From: Octopus vulgaris
Taxonomy: Eukaryota
Length of the DNA: 64,000 nucleotides
Direction of reading: 5' to 3'
Assembly (NCBI GenBank): GCA_951406725.2
Contig: OX597819.1
Span: forward strand, 15,872,001 to 15,936,000
Part shown: piece after piece, positions 40,544 to 56,101 of the stretch
How the letters are laid out: each line of letters starts with the position of its first letter
Position numbering within the stretch: position 1 is the stretch's first letter
The notes under the pieces: generated by a model
Seen by the model: the letters and a program-made list of their open reading frames with translations, nothing else
The model's database searches: none
Told to the model about the DNA's origin: nothing
Made by a program: the position numbers and the translations under genes

Positions 40544-40713
40544 TGAGAGAGAGAGAATCTCCTTGCGACAATGTAACCTTTAATTTATTCAAGATATCCT
40601 TAAACTTAAGAGTAGCCTGTGGTATACACCTCGCTTGGATTTTTATCACTTCTGAGGTTCCGCTCGGTATGAAACATATGTAGCCCGGATCTTAGCCACT
40701 CCATTCCGCAACT
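40284..40713. repeat. Imperfect inverted repeat (arms 40284-40440 and 40559-40713) around (TA)n(GA)n, with a degenerate HHR
   Basis: Arms are reverse complements with scattered differences. The right arm contains GAAACATATGTAGCC. Confidence 0.85.
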
Positions 40714-40744
<31 letters not shown>

Positions 40745-40799
40745 TATGTTTGTATATGGATGTATGCATGTTTATATATGTATGTATACATATGTGCGT

Positions 40800-40854
<55 letters not shown>

Positions 40855-41038
40855 ATACAAAGCTTATTTTGAGATTGCTAGTGTTAACAATACTCGCAAA
40901 CAAAATACAGACTGGAGTTGTAGTGCTCCAAGTGAGCTATATTCCACTTCTTAATTTCAACAGAGGCAATGCAAGCGGGAACTAGAGGAATATAATTAAG
41001 ATCCACACTCGAAAATCAAATACATACATATCTACAAA

Positions 41039-41886
<848 letters not shown>

Positions 41887-41974
41887 GTGGATCTTAATTA
41901 TGACGGCAGCTTTTCCAACAGCACACCAGACCGTCACTTCTGAGCTGTGCAGTGGTTTTTCGTGCAGTTCTCTC

Positions 41975-42540
41975 GGATAGCAGTATTTTGTTATGGGTCT
42001 CACCTGAGTTTTGTAGAGTATTAGTAACTGTTTGGGGTTGAACTTACTTTTGATCCCGAAGAAGTGGGACAGTCTTTTGGACTCGTTACTAACTAAGGAT
42101 GTATTTTTATTAAGCGAGATAGAGAGGCCCAACAACTGGAAGGTTTATGAGGGATCTCATAATTAAATGGCGGATGTTTTCTTTATATGACGAGGGTTTG
42201 AAATTACTTGCTTTTGAAAGTGTCAAGATTGATGACGTCATTGGAAGATGCTTTGAAGGTCTGTTGATTGAATCAGTGCGGGTATAGCATGTGGCATGAA
42301 GGTTGCGAATGAATGATGCATGGTTGGGCATTGTTGGAAGTAACGGAAAGTAAGTCATTGGCGTGTAGAAGAAATTAGTGAGGAGGGAAAAACCCCGAAG
42401 CCCTGATGCCGAAGTTAACAGAAAGGGAGGTAAGAAAAGGTCCGTGAATATATGCACTGATAATATGATCTGATTAAGAGCTGGTGTTCCACAAGATGAG
42501 AGACGGATGTGATGCATGCGATGTATAAACACTCCTACAT
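41975..42540 (-). mobile_element. Decayed L2/Jockey-like LINE RT C-terminal pieces
   Basis: PKQLLILYKTQVRPITKYC resembles the LYKAQVRPxMEYC motif. Confidence 0.55.
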
Positions 42541-42543
42541 TCT

Positions 42544-42600
<57 letters not shown>

Positions 42601-42663
42601 GGTCCGGGTTGAGTCGGGGTTAACCACAGTAAAAAGGTACTCAATACATAACAGAGTAAATTA

Positions 42664-42797
42664 ATTTATTTTATAGAAGGAGCTTCTACAGGACTAGAAC
42701 TGTTTCATTCAAATGAAATCATCAGGAAGCGCTTCCTGATGATTTCATTTGAATGAAACAGTTCTAGTCCTGTAGAAGCTCCTTCTATAAAATAAAT
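42664..42797. repeat. Perfect 134-bp palindrome containing two opposed hammerhead motifs
   Basis: Exact reverse-complement arms around GGAAGC|GCTTCC (centre 42730/42731). Confidence 0.95.
42731..42779 (+). ncRNA. Type I hammerhead ribozyme motif
   Basis: GCTTC-CTGATGA-TTTCATTTGAAT-GAAA-CAG ttctagtc CTG-TA-GAAGC: stem I GCTTC/GAAGC, stem II TTCA/TGAA, stem III CAG/CTG, GUA triplet. Mirror copy at 42682-42730 on the minus strand. Confidence 0.8.
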
Positions 42798-43102
42798 AAA
42801 TAAATATATATATATAAACGCATTAATAAATATATGCAGCATTTCTCCTTTACCCGCTCACACACCAATATCAACACCAGCCAATACAACCGCTACATGT
42901 TAATACATGCATTGACAACACATTATTACACATCACATACATTAATCTCATGCAGCCAAGTATTTATGTCGACTTCACCCATCCACACACCCCTTTGTTA
43001 CACCGTTTGCTAAACAGGTTGTTGGTTGATTGCATGGACAATTGAACAGATAATTAAATATGCTTATTGATGGGTAGTTTGACAGCGGTAAATATACAAC
43101 TA

Positions 43103-43155
<53 letters not shown>

Positions 43156-43162
43156 AACACAT

Positions 43163-43538
43163 GGAAGCACTCCGTCGGTTACGACGATGAGGGTTCCGGT
43201 TGATCCGAATCAACGGAACAGCCTGCTCGTGAAATTAACGTGTAAGTGGCTGAGCACTCCACAGACACGTGCACCCTTAACGTAGTTCTCGGGGATATTC
43301 AGCGTGACACAGAGAGTGACAAGGCCTTTGAAATACAGGTACAACAGAAACAGGAAGTAAGAGTGAGAGAAAGTTGTGGTGAAAGAGTACAGCAGGGATC
43401 ACCACCATCCCTGCCGGAGCCTCGTGGAGCTTTAGGTGTTTTCGCTCAATAAACACTCACAACGCCCGGTCTGGGAATCGAAACCGCGATCCTACGACAG
43501 CGAGTCCGCTGCCCTAACCACTGGGCTATTGCGCCTCC
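43163..43538 (-). mobile_element. SINE family C
   Basis: Near-identical to 5169-5548. Confidence 0.85.
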
Positions 43539-43621
43539 ACACACACACATACATACACACACAAACACACACACATACACACATACATACATACAAACAT
43601 ACACACACACACACATATATA

Positions 43622-43860
43622 TATTATGTAAAATCCGTTCTGTCTGTGTGTGTCTTCTAGGATCTCGGGCATCCTCCAACCGATTGCGCTCAAATTTGAT
43701 ATGTAGATACCGACGGTATCAGGGTGTGTATAAGTCATGAAAAATTACAAAAATTGATTCCAGGTGAGAATGCGATCGATAAAGCCAGGGAACGTGCATT
43801 TGTAAAATCGTTTTTCTTGGAATAGGAAAAAAATTCTATCTTTATTTCTTCCTTTGCTGA
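43622..43860 (+). mobile_element. Possible non-autonomous Helitron 5' fragment
   Basis: tattatgtaaaat..ctgtctgtgtg..caaccgattgcgctcaaatttg resembles Lep1/DINE-type Helitron 5' ends (recalled pattern). No 3' CTRR end found. Confidence 0.35.
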
Positions 43861-44007
43861 TGTCTCAACTTTAGGTTAAATCAGCGTTTCTCAAAGGGGA
43901 GGCCAATGGGACGGTCGGACAAGTTGTTTTGAGAAAATTTGGTTTAAATGTTTGACAACTCAGCACCGTCCATTGGACGTGGGGGTGGTGAGCGTTTTAC
44001 TCGTGTG

Positions 44008-44068
<61 letters not shown>

Positions 44069-44071
44069 TAT

Positions 44072-44224
44072 GTATAGTTCTATATTTAAGAGATGAGGAA
44101 TTATGTACATTATTTACATTATTTACAACTGACGGGTATTTGTCCTCATCTTCTTTGTTGATATACTCTCCAGCCTTCATCAGGTGCCTTGGGGAAATTT
44201 CGAATCTGGGTTCTCATTCCTAAG

Positions 44225-44280
<56 letters not shown>

Positions 44281-44460
44281 GTTGTTGTTGTTGTTGTTGT
44301 TGTTTTTATTATTATTTTCCAGGTCCCTGCCTGGAATTGAACTCGAAATCTTGGGGTTAGTAGCCCGCGCTCTTAACCACTACGTCATATGCCAGTGGTC
44401 GTAGAGGTTAAGAGCGCGGGCTACTAACTCCAAGATTCCGAGTTCGATTCCACGCAGTGA

Positions 44461-44518
<58 letters not shown>

Positions 44519-44660
44519 TTTGAAAATTACCTTAGAAATGAGAACCCAGGTTCGAAACTTCCCCAAGACACCTGATGAAGGCTGGAGGGTACATCAGCTG
44601 AAACGTTGTGTTAACAACAAACAAGATGAGAACAAATATCCATCAAATGTAAATAATGTA
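44072..44660. mobile_element. Head-to-head pair of tRNA-headed, HHR-bearing elements within (TA)n
   Basis: Arms 44106-44390 and 44396-44660 are inverted copies. Each reads tRNA-like head (A box, GAGTTCGATTCC B box), then (AAT)n, then HHR region, then tail. Confidence 0.85.
44568..44611 (+). ncRNA. Type I hammerhead ribozyme motif (minimal stem III)
   Basis: ACAC-CTGATGA-A-GGCTG gagggtacat CAGCT-GAAA-CG-TT-GTGT. Confidence 0.75.
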
Positions 44661-44690
44661 ATATCATATAATATACATATATATATATAC

Positions 44691-44790
<100 letters not shown>

Positions 44791-45312
44791 TCTTTGTGAA
44801 CACATGCTTTTCATGCCTGTATAGAAGGTAACGTGACATATTTGTCTATAGTATAGACAAATAGTATAGACTCTATACTCTATAGACACGCACTTAAAAT
44901 TATATACTCTTCCACTTCCACTTTCTATTGCTTTTCTCTACTACCTTCTCTCTCCCACTCTCTTTTTTCTTCACTATTACTCTCACATATCTTTTTTCTT
45001 ACGCTCACTATCACCCAGACGCCATTACTACTCCAAGTTCTACTCTCCTACTACCCAACTTCTTTTTTCACCATGTATGCAATATAAACATACATCCTTA
45101 ATGCTTTCATTTCTCTGCACAATGTGAAACGCTACATTATTTTCTATTTCTCTTTACTCGGTGGATTTATTTTCAGATTATACATTCACTGATTGCTATT
45201 GTTTCATTAAATATTATTTTGCGATTTTCTATCACCTGTTTTGCTTGTGTTGATATATATATTGTCTTATTTGTATGTCTCCTTGCTGTGACATTTTCCT
45301 CGAGGTGAATTT

Positions 45313-45560
<248 letters not shown>

Positions 45561-46028
45561 CAATACATACATACATACATACATATATATATGTATATAT
45601 TATACCTATTTGAAAGTATGTATATGTGTATGCATCTATATGATGTATAAATATATATGTATGTATATAAATTAATTTAAATATTCTCCCCCTATATAAA
45701 GTTATATATGTGTAGAACACAGACATCTGTTTAAATAAAAAGACATTATTTTCGTAAAAAAAAAAGTTTCTGCGAACGACAAGACATTGGTAGGGTTTAA
45801 AGATAATTGTTCTTAGATTGGTGTGACTGTAGCAGCAGCTAAAATGTTAGCTAATCTCTGCGTTGCCGTCGCTCTTCGTTTATTGTTGTTAGCTATTGGC
45901 TGCTATACTGTCTTCAGATAAATCGTTCGCTATTTGTTCATTGTTTTGTTTTGGATAGCTGATGTCCACCGTCTGTTCGTCTTCAGTCTGCCGTATCCCC
46001 GTAGTAACTAAGATGCGCTGAATATATA

Positions 46029-46253
46029 TATTTCTTTACTGCCCACAAGGGGCTAAACATAGAGGGGACAAACAAGGACAAAGGGATTAAGTCGATTACA
46101 TCGACCCCAGTGCGAAACTGGTGCTTTATTTATCGACCCCGAAAGGATGAAAGGCAAAGTCGACCTCGGCGGAATTTGAACTCACAACGTAACGACAGAC
46201 GAAATACCGCTAAGCATTTCGCCCGACACGCTAACGTTCCTGCCAGCTCGCCG
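46029..46253 (-). mobile_element. SINE family B
   Basis: Reverse complement of 22619-22849. Confidence 0.9.
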
Positions 46254-47694
46254 CTCGCTGAATATATAGTGATGGTTAGGCTCGGAAAAATGCAGATAGC
46301 AACTAGTGAACACAAAAGCAATGAACAGACGGCGAACGAGAGACATCCGAAAACAACAGCACAGCTCGCCACAAGGAACAGGAAGCGACAGCAACACAGG
46401 TACTAGCAAACATTTTGACTACTGTTACAATCACACCAATCCAGGACCAATTTTTTTCAAACTCTACCCAAGTTTTATCGTTTGTAGTAACGACATGTTT
46501 TTTTGTTTACAAAAAGTATAAATAACTTTTATTTTTTATCTAAATCCACCATCGGAGATCAGTATTTTTCGTAACATATGTACGTGTGTATGTATATATA
46601 TGTATATACTAAGGATGTCCGCTTCAAATTTATGTGTGTGTGTATATATATATATATATATAAATTAAGGATGTCCACTCTCCACTTCAAATTTATATAT
46701 ACGTATATGTATTTATATGTGTGTGTATGTGTGTGTATACACACACATATACCCCCACCCCATATGAAGTTTACATTAAGTTTCTTTTGAAATTAACTTT
46801 CAGTTTTTATTTCAGAATCCTTAAAGTTTTCTTCGCCATGGAATGATTAGACCCTGAATATTCTGCTTTGGATTACAACATGGAGTCTAAATATAGCGTC
46901 TTGATATCTCCACCACGACCATACCAACAGAATACAAAATGTACCGACAATCTGCTAGAAGAAAAGCGACCAAACCCCACCCAAGCCGCAATCTACGGCC
47001 TTTAAATAAGGAAGGACATATTGTTTACATTTGTTCTGGACATACAAGAAACACGGGATACTCGTAGCTTGAACCCTTCTCTTCATACGTTTGCCCGATA
47101 AGGGCTTACCTGGGCTAAACATCAACAACAGCAGAAACCACCAACCGAAGGAGCCGCAGAATCTTGCACGATTACCATCAAATTACCCCCACCGCCGCCG
47201 CCACCACCACCACCACCACCACCACCACCATCACCACCACCATCACCACCACCACCACGACAATGATATTAATCATGAGAGAATCTCCACGTAGTTGTCA
47301 GACATGCTAGAAATGACAGTAAGTTCTCCCTCACCTATCATGTTACCGTTTCGTTTTAGAAAAGACGGACGCATTCCATAATGTAATCTTTTGATGGACC
47401 GTGTCTGAAGAAAAGCCGGGATGGTCACAACTAGAACGCGTTTGATCATAGATCTATCTGCACGATTAGAGCAGATCCTATACGAAACAATAAGCAACAG
47501 TAATAACAACAACGCCAGCATCAATCACAAGACCAGCAGCAGCAGCAACAGCAACAACAATAACAACGGAATATCAATCCATTTTAATTTGATTCTGGTT
47601 AATCGATATTCTTTTTTACAGTCAGATGAAATGAAATCAATCACTGACATTGGTAAACTACGTTGTAAAGCTATCCGAGCAGAAATCTCAAACA

Positions 47695-47753
<59 letters not shown>

Positions 47754-47981
47754 CAACAACAACAACAGCAATAATAATAATTATTATTATAAAGCCTAAA
47801 ATAGCAAAGATAGGGAAAACTACATGAAAAAGAAATCTTGTCTGATTTTCTATAATCTTTTTGGAAACGGAATAATATATCCAGAATAGTAACAAAAATT
47901 ATAAAATAATATATAATATAATATAATGTAATATAATATAATATAATATAATATAATATAATATAATATAATATAATTTAA

Positions 47982-48021
<40 letters not shown>

Positions 48022-48106
48022 TTATAAAGTTCGTTTCCCTCGTGTGTGTGAAGCGGTCACTTGTACTCGTTCATTATACACGCTCATACACACATTTGAA
48101 TATAAA

Positions 48107-48137
<31 letters not shown>

Positions 48138-49954
48138 ATGGTGGAAGGTATGAACAAATAAACATCGCTGAAATTATATCTTAAATTACAAACGAGATGA
48201 ATTACATGGGATGAGTTTAAATGATAGATAATAAAGAATGGGAAATCGCTGTTAGAGGCGTCCATCTTGTTTTTGTGAATCAATCATTGTCACCTTACTC
48301 AGTAAGACAACTACTGATTTGAAGAATTGCTAAGTTCGGATAATTGAAATTGATATGAAGGAATCTGACGACAATGAGTGAAGACTATAGGCATTGATAT
48401 TGCTAATGTAATTAGTTTGGAATTCACATGTTCTTGGAAAAAAAAAATGACCGAAATTAAAACTTGTTGTTTAGGTAGAAACAAAGACAGACAAAAACGA
48501 TAGCTAGATTTAATAGAAAAAACTTTGAATCTACTGACTTCATTGAAATATCCTCATATTATTGTAATATAAGGAGACGTAACATCAGTCATCATTATCG
48601 CTGATTAAAAATAGACCCACTAGTGGAATTAGAACAATGTGTTTATCGCTTGCCGGGAGACCAAGTTAGTAATTGATAGACCTCTCTCTGAAATTTGGTT
48701 GTTAATGACAGACAATATAATCTTTAAAAAGAAACACTTAGAATAGTACAAAGAATTCCATCTCAACATTTGTTAAGACTCTTAGTCTCTTTGAAAGGTT
48801 TTCATAAATGTAAAGGATTTTCTTGGATTTATAACGTAGAGCTTCCAAAGGTGTTTACTATATCACACTCAAAAAAAAAAAAAAAAAAAAAAACTCCCGC
48901 GCAATAGTAGATGTAATTGTACAGTACAACAACAAAGGAACCAAGGCGTAGTAAATCCAATAGAGTTTTTTCAAGTGTCTTTTTCGTGGGAAACGTTGTA
49001 GAACGTCCCGCTTCCTATACACACGAAAAGGGGGATCATAAACAAAGCTCGTAGCTAATATATTTTCACAGACAAGAGAAAGTAGACGAAAAAAATAAAA
49101 TATTAAACAAGAAAGGATCGAATAAAATATATTAAAAAATAAAAACAAGGCTCAATTCGTACAAATTTTGATTCGGGATTTTTCAATGAGTTGTAGATAG
49201 TTATAATCCCATGGATATTCATTGAGGTCCACATTTAATTTGAGAAATCATCTTCGCCTGAGATTGTGCTTTCCCAAATATTAACGCCCTGTTCATCGTA
49301 TCACTTAGTATACGCTCGTACTGATAACATATAGTAAACTAAATAACAAGGTTATATACACTCAGTACTAACACACCATATACTTACAATACACCAAAAC
49401 ACCACCTTATTATTTCTTTACCTTACAATAGAGTGTACACTGCACCTCACTCCCTAAATATCATTTATACACCTGTTACACTACAAAATATATATTATAT
49501 CATTCTATTTCTTATATTATCTTCCTCTCTGTCGTACACCATTCCACATCTGATACACAGCACAACTACTACAGACAGTACGTATCAAATAGTATAAAGT
49601 GCCTCTACGTATAGGTGTTCCTCTTGCTAGAAATAGTAACCAAATCTCAATCGAATCATATCTTTCCGTTTTCAAAACGAAAGGTGTTTGAAAATGTTGT
49701 CCTAGATGTACCGTGATTTTTATTATTATTTTTTTTAATAAGACGAGATAGTTACAGCCAGAGCACATTAGATCATAGAATCCCTAACTTTGGGGCTCAG
49801 CACCCCTTCCGCTCACCAACAATAAATAGCACTACACAATACAATATTATTACCTTGCATTGTTATTCTTGCGAATGGTAAACTGAAAAAAAAAGAAAGA
49901 AAAAGAAAATAGTGGACTCTCTCTATAAATATACGCATTTTCATAAACACAATA

Positions 49955-50004
<50 letters not shown>

Positions 50005-50132
50005 CATGAAGATTTATACACACACACACATGCTTATTTAAACCGGTACGTGCGTAGTCACACTCATATTTATACACACACACACACATAAAATATGCGA
50101 ATGCAAATATTACGCAAATTCCCAAGCATGTG

Positions 50133-50163
<31 letters not shown>

Positions 50164-53100
50164 TAGACACACATCTTTTGTGCACACATCTGTCTTTACA
50201 TGTATAGTTGTATGTGTTGATGTATAGAAAACTGGGAACCAGTGGAAGCGGAAAGGGTGTGTGGTGAGGTAGAAAAACTCTATATTTAGCAAAATGAATA
50301 TTCTGATTTAGAAAACAGATCGATATTTTATCAAGCTGTTTCTGTTTTGAACGTTACAGACGTTATACTGTCTGCCATTGGTTCACAATCGTTGTTGCAC
50401 AACAAGTATTGAACATTTCCCCACTATCTAAAAACGGAAGACGGTTATAACCCCTGTCTTATGATCCATACAATCATTGAATGGCATCAGTTAAGCATTT
50501 TATCCTTCACTCACCACAATTACGACAATTCGAATTTTTACGTCATCACAATTATCACCGCAGACTAACAACACTATTAACAGCTATCTCACAATAGCTT
50601 TTAGCGCATCGTCACAGCACCTCTACTTCTAATCATAGCTCTAACACTTGGTAGCAATAACTTTTATCAGAAGAGATTGACATTAATAATCTGTCCCACC
50701 ACAATCCATATCTGCTACTATAATAGCCTCGAAACAACTGTTGCCGCTCTCTCACAACTAGTCTTCTCTGAAATTATTACTGTTTAGTAATCATTGTCTA
50801 TGGATCACAACTATTATGTCTGTCTCACAACAAATATTGTATAATTAACACGGTGATTATCTGCCGGACAAACTACTGCATCTCTCACCTCACAACAATA
50901 ACCATCATCTCGATACATCACCCTCACAACAATCGTTACTGAATAACAATAATTGTGCTTAAAATAATTTCCCTTGACTTTGCCCCGTGGTAACTATTAC
51001 AGCTTTACTGCATTTAATTCACGTCACAGTTCTTATCTCTGTATCATAGCAGTTACCACTTCTGTGAAATAATTAAACTGCACATACAACAAATGCCATT
51101 TTCTGCTTCATAACTATTATTATTGCCTCAATATAACTATCTCTGTTTAAAGAACAGCTATCACAGTCTCACATTTTTTTCTCTATTTGATTCCTAACGA
51201 TTGATTTCTGTTTCCTTACAACAGTTGTTTCTACCTCACACGAACTGTTATTGTACAACTGTGACCAGCACAGCTTTTATAACAGCTAAATGCTTTTCAA
51301 CATCACTATCATCATCATTGCTTCACAACAGTAACAACTATTACAATAAGGAATTTTGATTGTCATTAACAATAACCATTTTTCCTACCTCACAGCATCA
51401 CCATTAACCACGACTATCACTGTCTCACAACTCACAGCCCCACAACAACTATCACTCACTACCTCATAGCAAAAATAGCCATTGTCAGGTTTACTGAGTT
51501 GTCCGTAAAATCAAAGACTTTTGCATTAGACGATTACAAGTTTTTGTCAAATATTAGAGTAAAGGAGAGACGACGTCATTTTGACGTATAATTCCGTCAT
51601 TGCTGACGTATCACTGAACGTGATTTGGAATACGTTACATGTTTTCTGTAATAAAACATAGTCGAAAACGTAAGTGGCGACATTACTGAGTTGTTACACC
51701 ATGTTGCAACCATAAAGGTCCTGCCATTCTTATCTGAGTTATTTCTTGTATATAAAACATTGTTTATGGCTGAGGTTAGCGTCAGTTCTGATGTGCTACA
51801 TCATTTGTGATAACAGAATATCATCTGTGATACATATGTATATAAACACAACGCATACACATATATTGTAATACGTAACGTTCCTTATGGAAATAAGGCA
51901 AAGACAATCCCAACTATTCTAATGTTAGCTGCCCCATTATTGTATATTACAGACCTTTCTGACGGCAAACAACGTCATTTTGGCTTATAATGCCATACGC
52001 AACCACAACGTCTATTACAGAGCTATGAACGTCATTACAATCAAATATTACAATGACAGGCATGTGACGTTAATATTAACGTTATCTCTTTGCTGTAACA
52101 TTTAAGACACAACGCCAAGATAATCGTATTGCTCATTGTAGTTAGCAAGTGACAACACTATTTCCTAAGTATTGCATATATGGTCGATGCCATTTGCGAC
52201 CACCATTTGCAGCTTCTCTATCTCTAATGCAAACGTTAAAAGAAGCATTTTTGTAGTATCATCAAAACTGCTGTGTATAAGTTATACGGTAGCCATTAAG
52301 CAGTTAAAAAGTCGTACAACGTCACTTTGTTAAACCTCAATGTATTTTGAGAGATGTTCGTGCCAATATTAACAAATCACTAAATACATACATACAATTT
52401 CCGCTTAAACAATGAGGCAAGCAAGCAATTTGAAACAATGTTTTTATATGATTACGTTTAAAGTTACGTTTAAAATTACGTTTAAAGTTGAATAGCGTCG
52501 AGAACGTCATTAGCTGATTTAACGTAATAATTTAACTTTAGCAATAAAAGACTTCAAATGGTTTAAAATTATTTATATATCGCCACTAGTCCTAGCATCA
52601 ATAAACCATTTGAAGAGAATTATTGGACAACGTCTCCAATATCAACATTTACCGTCATTTATGAAATAAATGAATATATAAATACACGGATTTAACGTAA
52701 TTCCTGTCAATGTCTGCAAAGCGCTTTGCACGACTGTAACTCTAACGTCAGCAATATTAACGTCACTGCTTTGTTGCAATATTTCTTCGTAACACCACGT
52801 TCACATCATTTGGTAAGACAACCACCATTTATGTGTACTTCTACTTTGCTATAATACCTGTAACACAATTGAGGCACCACCTCTGTGACAACTGTCGCAG
52901 TAATATCGTCTTTGGCCTTAGTTATCAACTTTTTGTAAACATTTCACCATTTTCGAGCGCAAGGTGTAGAGTACAGGTTATCTACAACTGAGTATCCAGC
53001 ATATGGTACCTACTGGACATTTCCAAGTAGTCGGTACACACAACGGGGTACATTCTATAAGTTAGACAAAGATCAAGACATATACTCTAGAGTACAAAAT

Positions 53101-53676
53101 TCAGAGTACACAATGAAGGGTATAGCAGAGGTTAGCAGAGGGAAGTAGTACAGTCAATGAATAGCAGAGTACATTCCATAGAGTTTATACAAAAGGAAGG
53201 TACTACAAGATACAAAATTAAGGTTACATGCTGCAGGGAACACGGCAGTGAGTACAATAAAGGGCAGAGGACAGAGTTAGGAGGTGAGTGCAAGAGGTGA
53301 TATTGGGAACAACATGCAATACGAGAGCTGAATATGGGGTAGAGAGGGTCAGAGTACATGCTAGAGTATAATAAAAAGTAACAACTGTTTATACGAGTGA
53401 GATTATAGATAATAACGTTATAGTTTACACAATTGGTTAAGTGGAGGCTATAGAGTTGCTGATCTCTGTCCAGGTAGACGAGTACAGTATTTGGCATTCA
53501 CTTGAATAGGTATACAGTGAATAGGTGTTCAGTGGAGGTGCACCGGCAGCAAAGCACACTCGTGGGTAGATTGACTTGCAGGTTACCACTTCAGGAAGTG
53601 AACCGAGCTGAACTTAGTCGGGTGTAGTAAGTAGTAGAATGGAATGAGCACAAGTTGAGGCCATCTTTGTTTCGAA

Positions 53677-54150
<474 letters not shown>

Positions 54151-54392
54151 CCTGATAGTAATCTTGCGGCTCCTTTTACTGCTGACAACAGACTGAAACA
54201 CTGTAACAAATTCACCTTCCCAAGTAAAAAAAAAAAAAAATATTCCGGAAGTAAAACAAGTAAATTCGCATAACAGTTCATTAAAAAACCTATACCGGAA
54301 GTTGATAACGGACCACAAATATATTACTACACTGGAAGAATATTATACTTACTAATATTAATAGTACTTCTACCCTGTTTATCAATCAATCA

Positions 54393-54444
<52 letters not shown>

Positions 54445-54489
54445 GTCAATCAATCAGTCAATCAATCAGTCAATCAGTTAATCTATTTA

Positions 54490-54524
<35 letters not shown>

Positions 54525-54561
54525 GTCTCCGTCTCTTTGTGGTTGTCTCTCTCTCTCCCTG

Positions 54562-54613
<52 letters not shown>

Positions 54614-54949
54614 GTATATAGGTATACATATGTATATGTATAAGGAGTATAGAAATTAAGGTATACTACTGCTACTGCTACTGCTACTGCTACTGCTGCT
54701 GCTGCTGCTGAGCTATATTTCTACTCTTGTTCGACAACGGTATTTTCTTCCTCTTCCCTGTCGTCCTCTTCGTCCTCTTCGTTATCATCGTTGCCGTCGC
54801 CATAGTTTTAAATTAATATACGCCTATTGTGTGGTCTTGTGTCGAAATCTGAAACCAATATACGCCTATATTTAACATCTCTGTTATATAAGAAAACGTT
54901 ATTAAAGCGAAACACTGCATCTCTTTTTCGCTATCACTTTCACATTAGG

Positions 54950-55014
<65 letters not shown>

Positions 55015-55946
55015 TAGATATAAAAGTAAAAACAAAATTTAGACTATCTACAAAATTATCACAAATACAACAAGATATTCAATCGCTACCTGTGTTTATT
55101 GATATTATCATATGAAAATCCATAGGATAATACTCCTGCAGCAATCGCATATCTACAGATCTATAGTAATATATATTATTAATAATGTAACGTCAATATA
55201 GAAATATATTGGAAGCAAATTTTACATCATTATCTCAGCAAAGTAAATTTAATTAAACGAAAACCGCTGCTTAACTAAAATCTCTGTTTTGATATTCAAT
55301 AGAAGCTGGTTAATACCTGTACGAAGATCGATTCGATTAAAAACAAAAAAAAAAAAAAAACCAAGACATTAATGAAAAACTATCTGATAACAGCTATAAA
55401 CCGGGAAATGAAAATAAAATTAAAATATTTTGTATAAATGTATAGCAAAATTCAAGGAATTAGTTTAGTTAATAAATATGTAACAGTTAGACGACTGATA
55501 GAAATCGCTTTTGTGAAAATAAATACTTAACGCCGGGATAGGTTCTGCGTACCGTATTCCTGGTTTGTTTCACTATCCAGCTTCAACAAGAGAGATTATT
55601 TCGAAAACACACTACAGCCTTTGATTGGTCATAATTTCAAACGTAGCGAGATATGAATCGTACGAAATGAACGAAAACCCATTTTGGACTTGCCAATCAA
55701 TTTATTGAGGTTAAAATATCTCCAGATAACTTAACATTATATAGAGATACTTAGAAAAATATCTGACCGAAACGTAACAGGTTCATAATATAAATTCATA
55801 TCAAATGAAAAATTCACTAAACGAATTAACAACAGCTCCTTCCAGAAATAAAATGAATTAAACAGATTAAAAACACAAACACACACACACATCCCGAAGA
55901 TCGCCGTGTCGTGAAACTCGAGTCGCGAGAGAAACTTTCACAAGAA

Positions 55947-56014
<68 letters not shown>

Positions 56015-56051
56015 CAATATAGGGTAGCAAAAAAAGTATATTTATGAATTA

Positions 56052-56101
<50 letters not shown>

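Noticed and set aside
46800-47660. Possible small plus-strand exons after ttttatttcag (46815) and ttttttacag (47621)
   Set aside because: Splice-like signals only. No recognisable peptide or linking exons.
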